The notes under the pieces are model-generated. The model saw nothing but the letters and a program-made list of their open reading frames with translations. It was not told the DNA's origin and did not search any database. The translations under genes and the position numbers were made by a program. From the NCBI GenBank assembly GCA_964362065.1, contig CAYIDE010000001.1, positions 1-25,028 of the forward strand: 25,028 nt of DNA, read 5' to 3'. This stretch comes from Candidatus Woesearchaeota archaeon (GTDB taxonomy: Archaea > Nanobdellota > Nanobdellia > Pacearchaeales > GW2011-AR1). Each line of letters starts with the position of its first letter. Positions within the stretch are counted from its first letter, which is position 1. Shown piece by piece: positions 8,684 to 17,052 of the stretch.

Positions 8684-10231
8684 ATGATAATAGAGGATGA
8701 GCAAATACAAAAAAAAGTGAAAAATCTTAAAGAACTAGAATATATAGTTCAGAAAGCACATGAACAGAAGAAAAAAGTAGTTCTTTGCCATGGAGTTTTT
8801 GACGGAGGAATACACCCAGGCCATACGCAATATTTTTCCTCTTCTAAAAGAGAAGGAGATATCCTTATAGTTACTGTTACTAAAGATGAGTATGTGGATA
8901 GGGGGCCTGGAAGACCTGTAATTCCTGATATATTACGTGCTGAAAATGTTGGCGCACTTGCATGTGTAGATTATGTAGCTATTAATCCTTATGAAACAGC
9001 AGTAGAAACTATTCTCCAGCTTAAACCAGATATTTATGCAAAAGGTGAAGAGTTTGCTCAGCTCAAAGACGATGCAGGAAAAATTGTTAGGGAAACAAAA
9101 GCAATACAGGATATTGGAGGAAGGATGCATTTTACCACAGGTATACAATATAGTTCAAGCGCTTTCATAAATAATAACGAAGCACTTACAGTTTATACTA
9201 AAGAAGCAAGGTCATTTCTCAGTAACTTTAGAAATAAATATACAAGTGAGCATATAAATGACCAATTAAAATCTCTCAAATCATTGGAAGTCTTAGTAGT
9301 AGGAGAGACTATTATTGATGAGTATCATTATTGCAAACCATTGGGTAAGGCACCCAAGGAGAATATGATAACTTATCAATTTTTATATGATGAGCGCTTT
9401 GCAGGAGGAGCTGCAGCAACGGCAAATCATATTGCTGGTTTTTGTGATAATGTGCACTTAGTGAGCCTTTTAGGAAAAGAAGAAAGCGATTATAGTTTTA
9501 TTTGTAAAAACCTTAAACCAAATATCATTAAAACTTTTCATTCGAGTGATACAAAACCAACAACGAAAAAGAGGAGAGGTGTAGACCCTGTATCATTTAA
9601 AAAACAATTTGGGCAATATTTTATAAATGACGAGCCCATCTCTTCTGCTTTAGAAGAATCCATAATCAGAGATCTGAAAAAAAAGATTCCCACATATGAT
9701 CTAGTTGTAGTTTCAGACTATGGCCATGGGTTTATAACTTCCCCAATAATATCTTTACTTTGTGAAAAATCAAAGTTTCTTGCTATCAATGTGCAATCAA
9801 ACAGTTCAAATATGGGATTTAATCTTATTGATAATTATCCTCGTGCAGATTATTTTTGTATAGACCATGAAGAAACTCGTCTAGCTGCTAGAGATCGTTT
9901 TAGTGATCTCCAGACTGTCCATGAAAAAATCATGAAACTAGGTAAATATTCCAAAAGCGCAATTACCGAAGGCCATAAAGGCTCGTTAACCTATAGTCCG
10001 TTAGAAGGATATTGCTCTATACCTGTATTTTCAAATCATGTCATTGATACCATGGGGGCAGGCGATGCTTATTTTTCCCTCACCACCCCATGTGCGGCTC
10101 GTGAATTTCCTATGGATATGTTAGGATTTATAGGAAACTCTGCTGGAGCTTTGGCTGTAGAAATTGTGGGACATAGAACAAGTATTAATCCTGGCTCACT
10201 ATATAAATTCATTACAACTCTCTTAAAATAA
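8684..10231 (+). CDS. Bifunctional cytidylyltransferase-like nucleotidyltransferase (N-term) + PfkB carbohydrate kinase (C-term); HldE/RfaE-related with reversed domain order
   Basis: HGVFDGGIHPGH (HIGH-like), VTVTKD, RAENVGALACVDYV, KPDIYAKG; then VVGETIIDEY, GGAAATANHI, VSDYGHG and PfkB signature IDTMGAGDAYF. Confidence 0.88.
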   Translation: MIIEDEQIQKKVKNLKELEYIVQKAHEQKKKVVLCHGVFDGGIHPGHTQYFSSSKREGDILIVTVTKDEYVDRGPGRPVIPDILRAENVGALACVDYVAINPYETAVETILQLKPDIYAKGEEFAQLKDDAGKIVRETKAIQDIGGRMHFTTGIQYSSSAFINNNEALTVYTKEARSFLSNFRNKYTSEHINDQLKSLKSLEVLVVGETIIDEYHYCKPLGKAPKENMITYQFLYDERFAGGAAATANHIAGFCDNVHLVSLLGKEESDYSFICKNLKPNIIKTFHSSDTKPTTKKRRGVDPVSFKKQFGQYFINDEPISSALEESIIRDLKKKIPTYDLVVVSDYGHGFITSPIISLLCEKSKFLAINVQSNSSNMGFNLIDNYPRADYFCIDHEETRLAARDRFSDLQTVHEKIMKLGKYSKSAITEGHKGSLTYSPLEGYCSIPVFSNHVIDTMGAGDAYFSLTTPCAAREFPMDMLGFIGNSAGALAVEIVGHRTSINPGSLYKFITTLLK

Positions 10232-10235
10232 TTTA

Positions 10236-11216
10236 ATGAAAAAAGTATTTATTACAGGTGGAGCAGGATACGTAGGCAGTGCGTTGGTTCCAAAGCTCTT
10301 AGAAAAAGGTTTTCAAGTTACAGTGTACGACACGTATTGGTATGGTCCAGTTTTTTATAGTATTTCAGATAGTAATCTTAATCAAATTATAGGAGATATT
10401 AGAGATAGAGAAAAATTGAGAACGAGCATGGCTGGTCATGACTCTATAATACATTTAGCGTGCATTTCAAACGATCCTTCTTTTGAGCTCAATCCTTCTT
10501 TGGGAAAATCTATTAATTATGATGCATTTTCTAATGTCTTATCTTCTGCAAAAGAGAATAAAGCTGAAAGGTTTATTTATGCATCATCTTCTAGTGTATA
10601 TGGAGTTAAGCTTGATCAAGAAGTCACAGAAGAGTTATCTCCTGAGCCATTAACAGATTATTCAAAATTTAAATTAGAATGTGAGAAAGTATTATATGGG
10701 TATTCTGGGGATATGGAATATGTAATAATTCGACCAGCTACAGTTTGCGGCTATGCCCCAAGATTAAGATTAGATTTGGCTGTCAATATTCTTACAATGA
10801 ATGCTCTAGAAAATAGGAAAATTAAAATATTTGGAGGAAAACAATTGAGGCCCAATATTAATATTGAGGACATGGTTAGAGTATATGATTTAATGCTCTC
10901 TACTCAAAGAGAAAAAATAAACAGGCAGGTATTTAATGTAGGATATGAAAACTATTCAATAGAGGATATTGCTAAAATAGTGGCAAAGAATGTTGGAGGA
11001 GATTTGGATTTAGTTTATGAAGAATCTGATGATAACCGCTCATATCACATCAACTCTGATAAAATAAAAAAAGAACTTGAATTTAATCCTCAGTATTCTA
11101 TTGATAGTGCTGTTAAGAGTATTGTTGATGCATACCATATGAAATTGATACATAATGGGCTTCAGAATCCTTTTTATCATAACATAAAAAGAATGAAAGA
11201 GCTTAATATACAATAA
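10236..11216 (+). CDS. NAD-dependent epimerase/dehydratase (extended SDR), copy 2
   Basis: ITGGAGYVGS, YASSSSVYG, catalytic YSKFK, RPATVCGYAPRLRLDL. Confidence 0.92.
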   Translation: MKKVFITGGAGYVGSALVPKLLEKGFQVTVYDTYWYGPVFYSISDSNLNQIIGDIRDREKLRTSMAGHDSIIHLACISNDPSFELNPSLGKSINYDAFSNVLSSAKENKAERFIYASSSSVYGVKLDQEVTEELSPEPLTDYSKFKLECEKVLYGYSGDMEYVIIRPATVCGYAPRLRLDLAVNILTMNALENRKIKIFGGKQLRPNINIEDMVRVYDLMLSTQREKINRQVFNVGYENYSIEDIAKIVAKNVGGDLDLVYEESDDNRSYHINSDKIKKELEFNPQYSIDSAVKSIVDAYHMKLIHNGLQNPFYHNIKRMKELNIQ

Positions 11217-11261
11217 TCAAGTATAAAAATATATTTAAACACTCCTCATTCAAGTAAATTT

Positions 11262-12371
11262 ATGAAAAAAGATGCAATAGTCCCTTACTCTTATTTAAAG
11301 GAGCAATTTAAAAATCCTAAAAGTTTGTTAAAGGGAATAGAAAAAATTGTCAAAGAGGGAGATTTTACACTTGGAAAAAGAGTAGAGTTATTTGAAAAAA
11401 AATTTGCATCATTCTCACAAATTAAGTACGCTGTTGGTGTAGGTTCTGGAACAGCTGCTTTGCATCTTGCTTTAGAAGCGTTGGAAATAAATGGTGAAGT
11501 TATAACTACTCCAAATACTTTTTTTGCAACAGTCAATGCAATTGTTGCAGCAGGCGCCAAACCAGTATTCGTTGATGTAGGAGAGGATTATAATATTAAT
11601 CCTAATTTAATAGAGCGAACAATTACTCCGAGAACTCAAGCAATAATGCCTGTTCATCTTACAGGAAGGCCTGCCGATATCAGATCCATAAGAGATATAG
11701 CATATAAGCACGGTTTAGCAGTCATAGAGGATGCTGCACAGGCTATAGGAGCTTATACACTAGGTATGCATGTAGGATATTTCTCAAATGCTGCTGGTTT
11801 TAGTTTCCATCCATTAAAAAATCTAAATGTTTGGGGAGATGCAGGCATGGTTGCAACAAAGGATGATAATGTATATCAAAGACTTTTAAAATTAAGAAAT
11901 CAAGGTCTTTCTGATAGAGATAACTGGGCGATGTATGGCCACAACCACAGAATTGATCCAATTCAAGCATATATAGGAAGTGAATTAATTTCACATACTT
12001 CCCAACATACTAAAAAAAGAATATCAAATGCAAGATATTATGATCATTACTTGCAAAATATTAGTTTTATAACTATTCCTAAAAGAATCAATTGTGTAAA
12101 GGAGGTATTCCATACATATACTATTCAAGCAGATAAAAGAGATGAATTGCAGTCTTATTTGCTTAAAAACGGGATAGAAACAAAGATACATTATCCAATA
12201 CCTCTTCACTTGCAGCCTGCCACTCGTAATCTTGGATATAAAGTAGGGGATTTTCCTGTTGCAGAGGAGCAGGCAAAGAAAATAATCTCAATTCCAGTAC
12301 ATTCCTATCTAACAGAGAATCAAAGAGAGTATGTTGTTAAGAAAATAAAAGATTTTTATTCTAAAGCTTAA
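11262..12371 (+). CDS. DegT/DnrJ/EryC1/StrS PLP-dependent sugar aminotransferase 1
   Basis: SGTAALHLAL, IMPVHLTG, IEDAAQAIGA, FSFHPLKNL (PLP lysine), G-H-N-H-R-I-D. Confidence 0.93.
   Translation: MKKDAIVPYSYLKEQFKNPKSLLKGIEKIVKEGDFTLGKRVELFEKKFASFSQIKYAVGVGSGTAALHLALEALEINGEVITTPNTFFATVNAIVAAGAKPVFVDVGEDYNINPNLIERTITPRTQAIMPVHLTGRPADIRSIRDIAYKHGLAVIEDAAQAIGAYTLGMHVGYFSNAAGFSFHPLKNLNVWGDAGMVATKDDNVYQRLLKLRNQGLSDRDNWAMYGHNHRIDPIQAYIGSELISHTSQHTKKRISNARYYDHYLQNISFITIPKRINCVKEVFHTYTIQADKRDELQSYLLKNGIETKIHYPIPLHLQPATRNLGYKVGDFPVAEEQAKKIISIPVHSYLTENQREYVVKKIKDFYSKA
12123..12275 (+). repeat. 153-nt block shared by the two aminotransferase genes (copy A)
   Basis: Matches 13226-13378 with 12 mismatches in 153 nt by manual alignment (3 amino-acid changes in 51 codons). 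Confidence 0.9.
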
Positions 12372-12373
12372 AG

Positions 12374-13474
12374 ATGAATGTTAAATATGTTAATTTACCT
12401 TTGCAATATAAGAGCTTAGAAAGTAAAATTACCCTTGCAGTGTGTAGAGTTTTGGAAAGCGGAAATTACATTTTAGGCACTGAGTTAAAGAAATGTGAAG
12501 AGAGTCTTGCAAAGTATTGCCAGAGCCAATATGCAATAGGGGTTGCAAATGGAACAGATGCTCTGATATTAGCTTTAAGGGCTTTAGATATTAAAGATAG
12601 AGATGAAGTAATAACTGCTCCTAATTCTTTCATAGCTACTGCTGGAGCGATAGTTGCTGCCGGCGCAAGGCCGAGATTTGTTGATGTGGGAGAGGATTAT
12701 AATATTAATCCTGAACTTATTGAAAGTGCAATTAATGAAAAAACAAGGGCAATCATGCCTGTTCATTTGACTGGGAGACCTGCTGATATGAATGCTATAT
12801 TGGACATTGCGAGAAAGCATAATCTAGTTGTTATAGAGGATGCAGCGCAAGCTATTGGCGCATTGTATTATGGGAAAAGGGTCGGGTCATTAGGAGATAT
12901 AGGATGTTTTAGTTTACATCCTTTGAAAAATTTAAATGCTGCTGGAGATGGAGGATTTATAACTTTAAATAATGAAGATTTATATAAAAAAATAGTAAAG
13001 ATTCGTAATCACGGACTAAAAAATAGAGATGAGGCAGAGCATTTTGGTTTAAACAGCAGATTAGATGAAATTCAAGCAAGTATAATAAATATAAAACTTG
13101 ATTATATAGAAAAATGGAATGATGTTTGCAGGAAACATGCTTCTCGTTATAGAGAAGGGTTATTGGAAATAGTGAAAACTCCCAATGAATGGGCTTATGA
13201 AAGGCAAGTTTATCACACTTTTATTATTCAAGCAGATAAAAGAGATGAATTGCAATCTTATTTGCTTAAAAATGGAATAGAAACAAAAATACATTATCCC
13301 ATTCCTATTCACTTGCAGCCCGCTGCTCGTAATCTTGGATATAAAGCAGGAGATTTTCCTGTTGCAGAGGAGCAGGCACAAAGGATACTATCGCTTCCAA
13401 TTTACCCAGAATTAACACATGATGAAGTTGAAGAAGTAATTAGAGGCGTGAAAGGTTTTTATGGCTCTATGTAA
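12374..13474 (+). CDS. DegT/DnrJ/EryC1/StrS PLP-dependent sugar aminotransferase 2
   Basis: NGTDALILAL, IMPVHLTG, IEDAAQAIGA, FSLHPLKNL (PLP lysine), GLNSRLDEIQA. Confidence 0.93.
   Translation: MNVKYVNLPLQYKSLESKITLAVCRVLESGNYILGTELKKCEESLAKYCQSQYAIGVANGTDALILALRALDIKDRDEVITAPNSFIATAGAIVAAGARPRFVDVGEDYNINPELIESAINEKTRAIMPVHLTGRPADMNAILDIARKHNLVVIEDAAQAIGALYYGKRVGSLGDIGCFSLHPLKNLNAAGDGGFITLNNEDLYKKIVKIRNHGLKNRDEAEHFGLNSRLDEIQASIINIKLDYIEKWNDVCRKHASRYREGLLEIVKTPNEWAYERQVYHTFIIQADKRDELQSYLLKNGIETKIHYPIPIHLQPAARNLGYKAGDFPVAEEQAQRILSLPIYPELTHDEVEEVIRGVKGFYGSM
13226..13378 (+). repeat. 153-nt block shared by the two aminotransferase genes (copy B)
   Basis: See 12123-12275. Confidence 0.9.
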
Positions 13475-13482
13475 ATTTTAAA

Positions 13483-14757
13483 TTGAAATTGAAGAATAGC
13501 ACCGAAAAAGTTAAAAGGAAGCATAACTACCATCTTCTTGAGGAACAAAAAATGCCTGAAATAGAAATTCCGTTGCATTCCCATGCAAAAAGAAAGGGAG
13601 ATGTAACCATTGCCTTAAGTCCAGAGATGATTAATGGCATGATTCTTGATGGAGATAAATTGATGTACCATAAAGATAGGATAGATGCATGGATGCGCGG
13701 TGAGCGTATAGCCCCCATTACTATAGACATGGCTTTAACAAGAGCATGTAATATGCGCTGTACATTTTGTTATGCTATGTTGCAAGAAAATGTTCTAGAA
13801 ACATTTGAAGGAGATAAGAAAAAAATGGGCGTTAAGACTATTGATCGTTTCCTTGATGATGCAGCAGAGGTAGGTGTTAAAGGCATTAGTTTAATAAGTG
13901 ATGGAGAGAGTACCGTTCATCCCTATGTTTATGAAGCAATCCTGCGTGGGAAAAGAAACGGTATTGACATGGCCCTTGGTACAAATGGGTTTCTTCTTAA
14001 GGACAACCGATTAGAGGAAGTATTACCAGCACTAACTTATTTAAGATTTAATTTTTCTGGAGGAGAACCTAAACGGTATGCGGAAATTATGGGATGCACA
14101 GAAAAAGAATTTTATAAAGTAACCAATACGATAAGAAAATGTATGGAGATTAAGAAAAAAAATAATTTAGAAACTACTATTGGTATGCAAATGGTGCTCA
14201 TGCCTCAACATAAAGATCAACTATCTCCTCTTGCAAAACTAGGGAAAGAATTAGGAGTTGATTATCTTGTTATAAAACATTGCAGCGATGATGAAATGGG
14301 CAGCTTAGGTATAAATTATAGGGATTATCACGATATAGTAGATGATATTAAAGCAGCAGAAAAACTTTCTACAGATACCTATAAAGTTGTTCCTAAATGG
14401 TCAAAGTTATTGAGTGAAGGCAAAAGGGTATATCAAAGATGCTATGGCCCCCCATTTATTCTGCAAATGTCTGGCTCAAGTCTTGTTGCTCCATGTGGTA
14501 TGTTGTTTCATGAACGCTATAAGGAGGATTTTCATATTGGCAATATTGCAGAGCAGTCATTTAAAGATATCGTGCGAGGCGATCGTTATTGGCAGGTTAT
14601 AAATCATCTTAGCTCTGAAAAATTCAATGCTCAAAAAATGTGCGGTGCTCTCTGCCTTCAACATAAGGTAAATGAGCGTCTTTATTATCTTGTCGAGCAT
14701 GGAATTCCTATTCCAGAACCAAAAGGCGAAAAACCTCTACATGTCAATTTCATATAA
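13483..14757 (+). CDS. Radical SAM enzyme with C-terminal twitch/SPASM-like auxiliary Fe-S domain
   Basis: CNMRCTFC (CxxxCxxC), SDGE in the GGE-motif position, C-terminal CYGP...APCG...IGNI...CGALC. A more likely start is ATG 13552, preceded by GAGGA 7 nt upstream. Confidence 0.9.
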   Translation: MKLKNSTEKVKRKHNYHLLEEQKMPEIEIPLHSHAKRKGDVTIALSPEMINGMILDGDKLMYHKDRIDAWMRGERIAPITIDMALTRACNMRCTFCYAMLQENVLETFEGDKKKMGVKTIDRFLDDAAEVGVKGISLISDGESTVHPYVYEAILRGKRNGIDMALGTNGFLLKDNRLEEVLPALTYLRFNFSGGEPKRYAEIMGCTEKEFYKVTNTIRKCMEIKKKNNLETTIGMQMVLMPQHKDQLSPLAKLGKELGVDYLVIKHCSDDEMGSLGINYRDYHDIVDDIKAAEKLSTDTYKVVPKWSKLLSEGKRVYQRCYGPPFILQMSGSSLVAPCGMLFHERYKEDFHIGNIAEQSFKDIVRGDRYWQVINHLSSEKFNAQKMCGALCLQHKVNERLYYLVEHGIPIPEPKGEKPLHVNFI

Positions 14758-14801
14758 TATAGCACCACTGTTTTTAAAAGGATAGTAAAGAAGAGTTCCT
14801 T

Positions 14802-15239
14802 ATGGAAGAATTACCGAATTTTAATTCCAAAACAGGAATAAGTAAGGAATACGTGAAAGCCTTTGGGCGTCTCAATATGTATTTTCGCAGTATATACGGA
14901 AAAACAACTACTCCCCGCATAAAAAAATTCGCATATGATAATATAATAAGGTTTCCATATAGGGTAAAGATATATACAGAATGGTTTAAACCAGAAGATT
15001 TCGGAAATGTCGTCAATGAGCAAAATAAAGAAGCTGTTCAAAAACTTGAAAAAATAGCCCAAGAGTTAAATATGCTTCTAGAAAAAGAAAAGATATTAGA
15101 AGGAAGCGAAAAAACCGAATCATACCGTCCGCTCATTCTTTTTAATCAGGCAATGGAAACAATCTTAGGAGTGTCAAATTTTGATTTTAAACAAATCTGC
15201 GAATTAGGAGATTCAGAAATTAATAAATATTTTTGGTAA
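14802..15239 (+). CDS. Hypothetical soluble protein (145 aa)
   Basis: ATG-initiated ORF filling the gap between the radical SAM and Nudix genes, with host-like composition. No motif recognised. Confidence 0.6.
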   Translation: MEELPNFNSKTGISKEYVKAFGRLNMYFRSIYGKTTTPRIKKFAYDNIIRFPYRVKIYTEWFKPEDFGNVVNEQNKEAVQKLEKIAQELNMLLEKEKILEGSEKTESYRPLILFNQAMETILGVSNFDFKQICELGDSEINKYFW

Positions 15240-15251
15240 GATAAGAAAATA

Positions 15252-15665
15252 TTAGGAAAATATCTGATTCTTGTGCTTTAGTAAAATTTTTTTAAGAATA
15301 TCAGGCATATCTAAAGCCATTACTTCTTCAAATGTAAAGTATCCTAATTTTTGCCCTTCAAACAGTTGAATATTATCTAAAGGAGCATCGATGGAGCCTT
15401 TAAAGAAAAAAATTTTTTCTGTCCAAGATTTTGTTGTAAGGGTAATAACTGTTTTAGCCGTGCCTATAAAAGTAATGGCTTTAACAGGAGAATCAATTTC
15501 TTCGCTTAGTTCTCGCTTAATAGCCTCAAGGGGGCTTTCACCTATCTCTTTATGTCCTCCTAATAATCCCCAAAAGTTAGGAAAGGGTATTGATGGTTTA
15601 TTATCTCTCAATTGAAGCAAGAATTTTTTATCTCGAAGTAAAAAGATAACAACAGACTCTTCCAT
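15252..15665 (-). CDS. Nudix hydrolase
   Basis: Nudix box GGHKEIGESPLEAIKRELSEEI preceded by LLQLRDNKPSIPFPNFW. Start taken at MEESVV (15665); the frame is open to 15722. Confidence 0.88.
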   Translation of the reverse strand: MEESVVIFLLRDKKFLLQLRDNKPSIPFPNFWGLLGGHKEIGESPLEAIKRELSEEIDSPVKAITFIGTAKTVITLTTKSWTEKIFFFKGSIDAPLDNIQLFEGQKLGYFTFEEVMALDMPDILKKILLKHKNQIFS

Positions 15666-15876
15666 ATTTTTTAGTATGCACATATGTTTTAAATAATTAT
15701 TGATAATTTTGATGAGCACCATAAGAAACTAAAATAAGACCTATAAAACTTAATAGTTTTATTGAAATAAATATCAGTAAGCTTAATACTAAAGTTCCTA
15801 GGAGACGTCATGATATAGATGATACACTTTCATTATCTTTAAATATCATTTAGAAATTTATCCTAAAAGAAATATT

Positions 15877-16467
15877 ATGATATCAAAAGATGAGCTTATA
15901 GAATTTGAAAAAAAGATTGCAAATATGTTTGAGGAGAGAAAAATACCCTACCCAATTCATCTGTCAGGTGGGAATGAAGACCAATTAATTGAAATATTTG
16001 GAAAGGTTAAGAAAGGAGACTATATCTTCTCAACACATCGTTCTCACTATCACTATTTACTGGCAGGAGGGAAACCAGAGAAGCTAGAGAAGATGATCTG
16101 CGATGGAAAAAGTATGCGTATTATGGATAAGGAACTAAATTTTTTTGCTTCATCCATTGTTACAGGATGCTGTGGAATTGCAGTAGGAGTTGCCTTAGCT
16201 CTTAGAAAAAAATTAAGTAAGCAACAGGCATACGTCTTTGTAGGTGATGGAGCAGAAGATGAGGGGCATTTCTACGAGGCAGTACGATATGTTGATGGAT
16301 GGCAGCTACCTTGCACATTTATTATTGAAGATAATGGTTTTTCTGTGAATACCCCGAAATCAGCACGTTATAATACCTCGGAAATAAATTGGCCAGCATG
16401 TGTAAAAAGATATCATTATACAAGAACTCTTCCTCATGTTGGAATAGGTAAATACGTAACTTTTTAA
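15877..16467 (+). CDS. Short ThDP-dependent E1-alpha-like subunit (196 aa)
   Basis: HLSGGNE, STHRSHYHYL, SIVTG, ThDP motif GDGAEDEG...EDN. Confidence 0.87.
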   Translation: MISKDELIEFEKKIANMFEERKIPYPIHLSGGNEDQLIEIFGKVKKGDYIFSTHRSHYHYLLAGGKPEKLEKMICDGKSMRIMDKELNFFASSIVTGCCGIAVGVALALRKKLSKQQAYVFVGDGAEDEGHFYEAVRYVDGWQLPCTFIIEDNGFSVNTPKSARYNTSEINWPACVKRYHYTRTLPHVGIGKYVTF

Positions 16468-16468
16468 T

Positions 16469-16993
16469 ATGTTATATCGAGAAGCACTAAAAATGGCAAT
16501 GGACTCTCTAGCAATAATGCCAGAAACTTTCTTCATTGGATACAATATCAATTATGATACTCGCGTTTACGGGACTTTAAAAGATATTCCGCAAAATAAG
16601 TGTCTTGAAATGCCTCTTGCAGAGAATTTAATGACAGGAACTGCTATCGGCATGTGCCTTGAAGGGTATCGACCTATCCTTATCTTTGAAAGGCATGATT
16701 TTATGTTAAATGCTTTTGATGCACTTATTAATCATTTGGACAAAATGTCCCAGCTTTCTCAGGGCCAGTTTACTCCGCAGGTTATTATACGGGCAATTGT
16801 AGGCTCTAATAAACCTCTAGATCCAGGACCGCAGCATACACAAGATTTTACGAAATTCTTTCAGGAGTATCTTTCTTTTCCAGTATATAATTTAAAAAAT
16901 TCTCAAGAAGTAATAAGAAGGTATAAAGAAATACAAAATTATCGCGCTCCTGTGATGCTTATAGAAAGAAGGGAACTTTACGATAAGGAGTAA
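16469..16993 (+). CDS. Short E1-beta/transketolase pyrimidine-binding-like subunit (174 aa, no C-terminal domain)
   Basis: EMPLAENLMTGTAIGMCLEGYRP, DALINH, VIIRA, GPQHTQD. Confidence 0.87.
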   Translation: MLYREALKMAMDSLAIMPETFFIGYNINYDTRVYGTLKDIPQNKCLEMPLAENLMTGTAIGMCLEGYRPILIFERHDFMLNAFDALINHLDKMSQLSQGQFTPQVIIRAIVGSNKPLDPGPQHTQDFTKFFQEYLSFPVYNLKNSQEVIRRYKEIQNYRAPVMLIERRELYDKE

Positions 16994-17052
16994 GAGTAAA
17001 ATATTGGAAGAAGGAGAAGATTTTAATAGTATAAATATATATTCCATTTCTG

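Noticed and set aside
15743-15813. 8-bp inverted repeat (15743-15762) and a cluster of four palindromic hexamers (AAGCTT, CCTAGG, GACGTC, TCATGA)
   Set aside because: Short and not convincing over a 25-kb AT-rich window. No associated regulator.
15877-16993. Calling the pair pyruvate dehydrogenase pdhA/pdhB
   Set aside because: The subunits are much too short, no E2/E3 is nearby, and the context is sugar biosynthesis. No gene symbol assigned.
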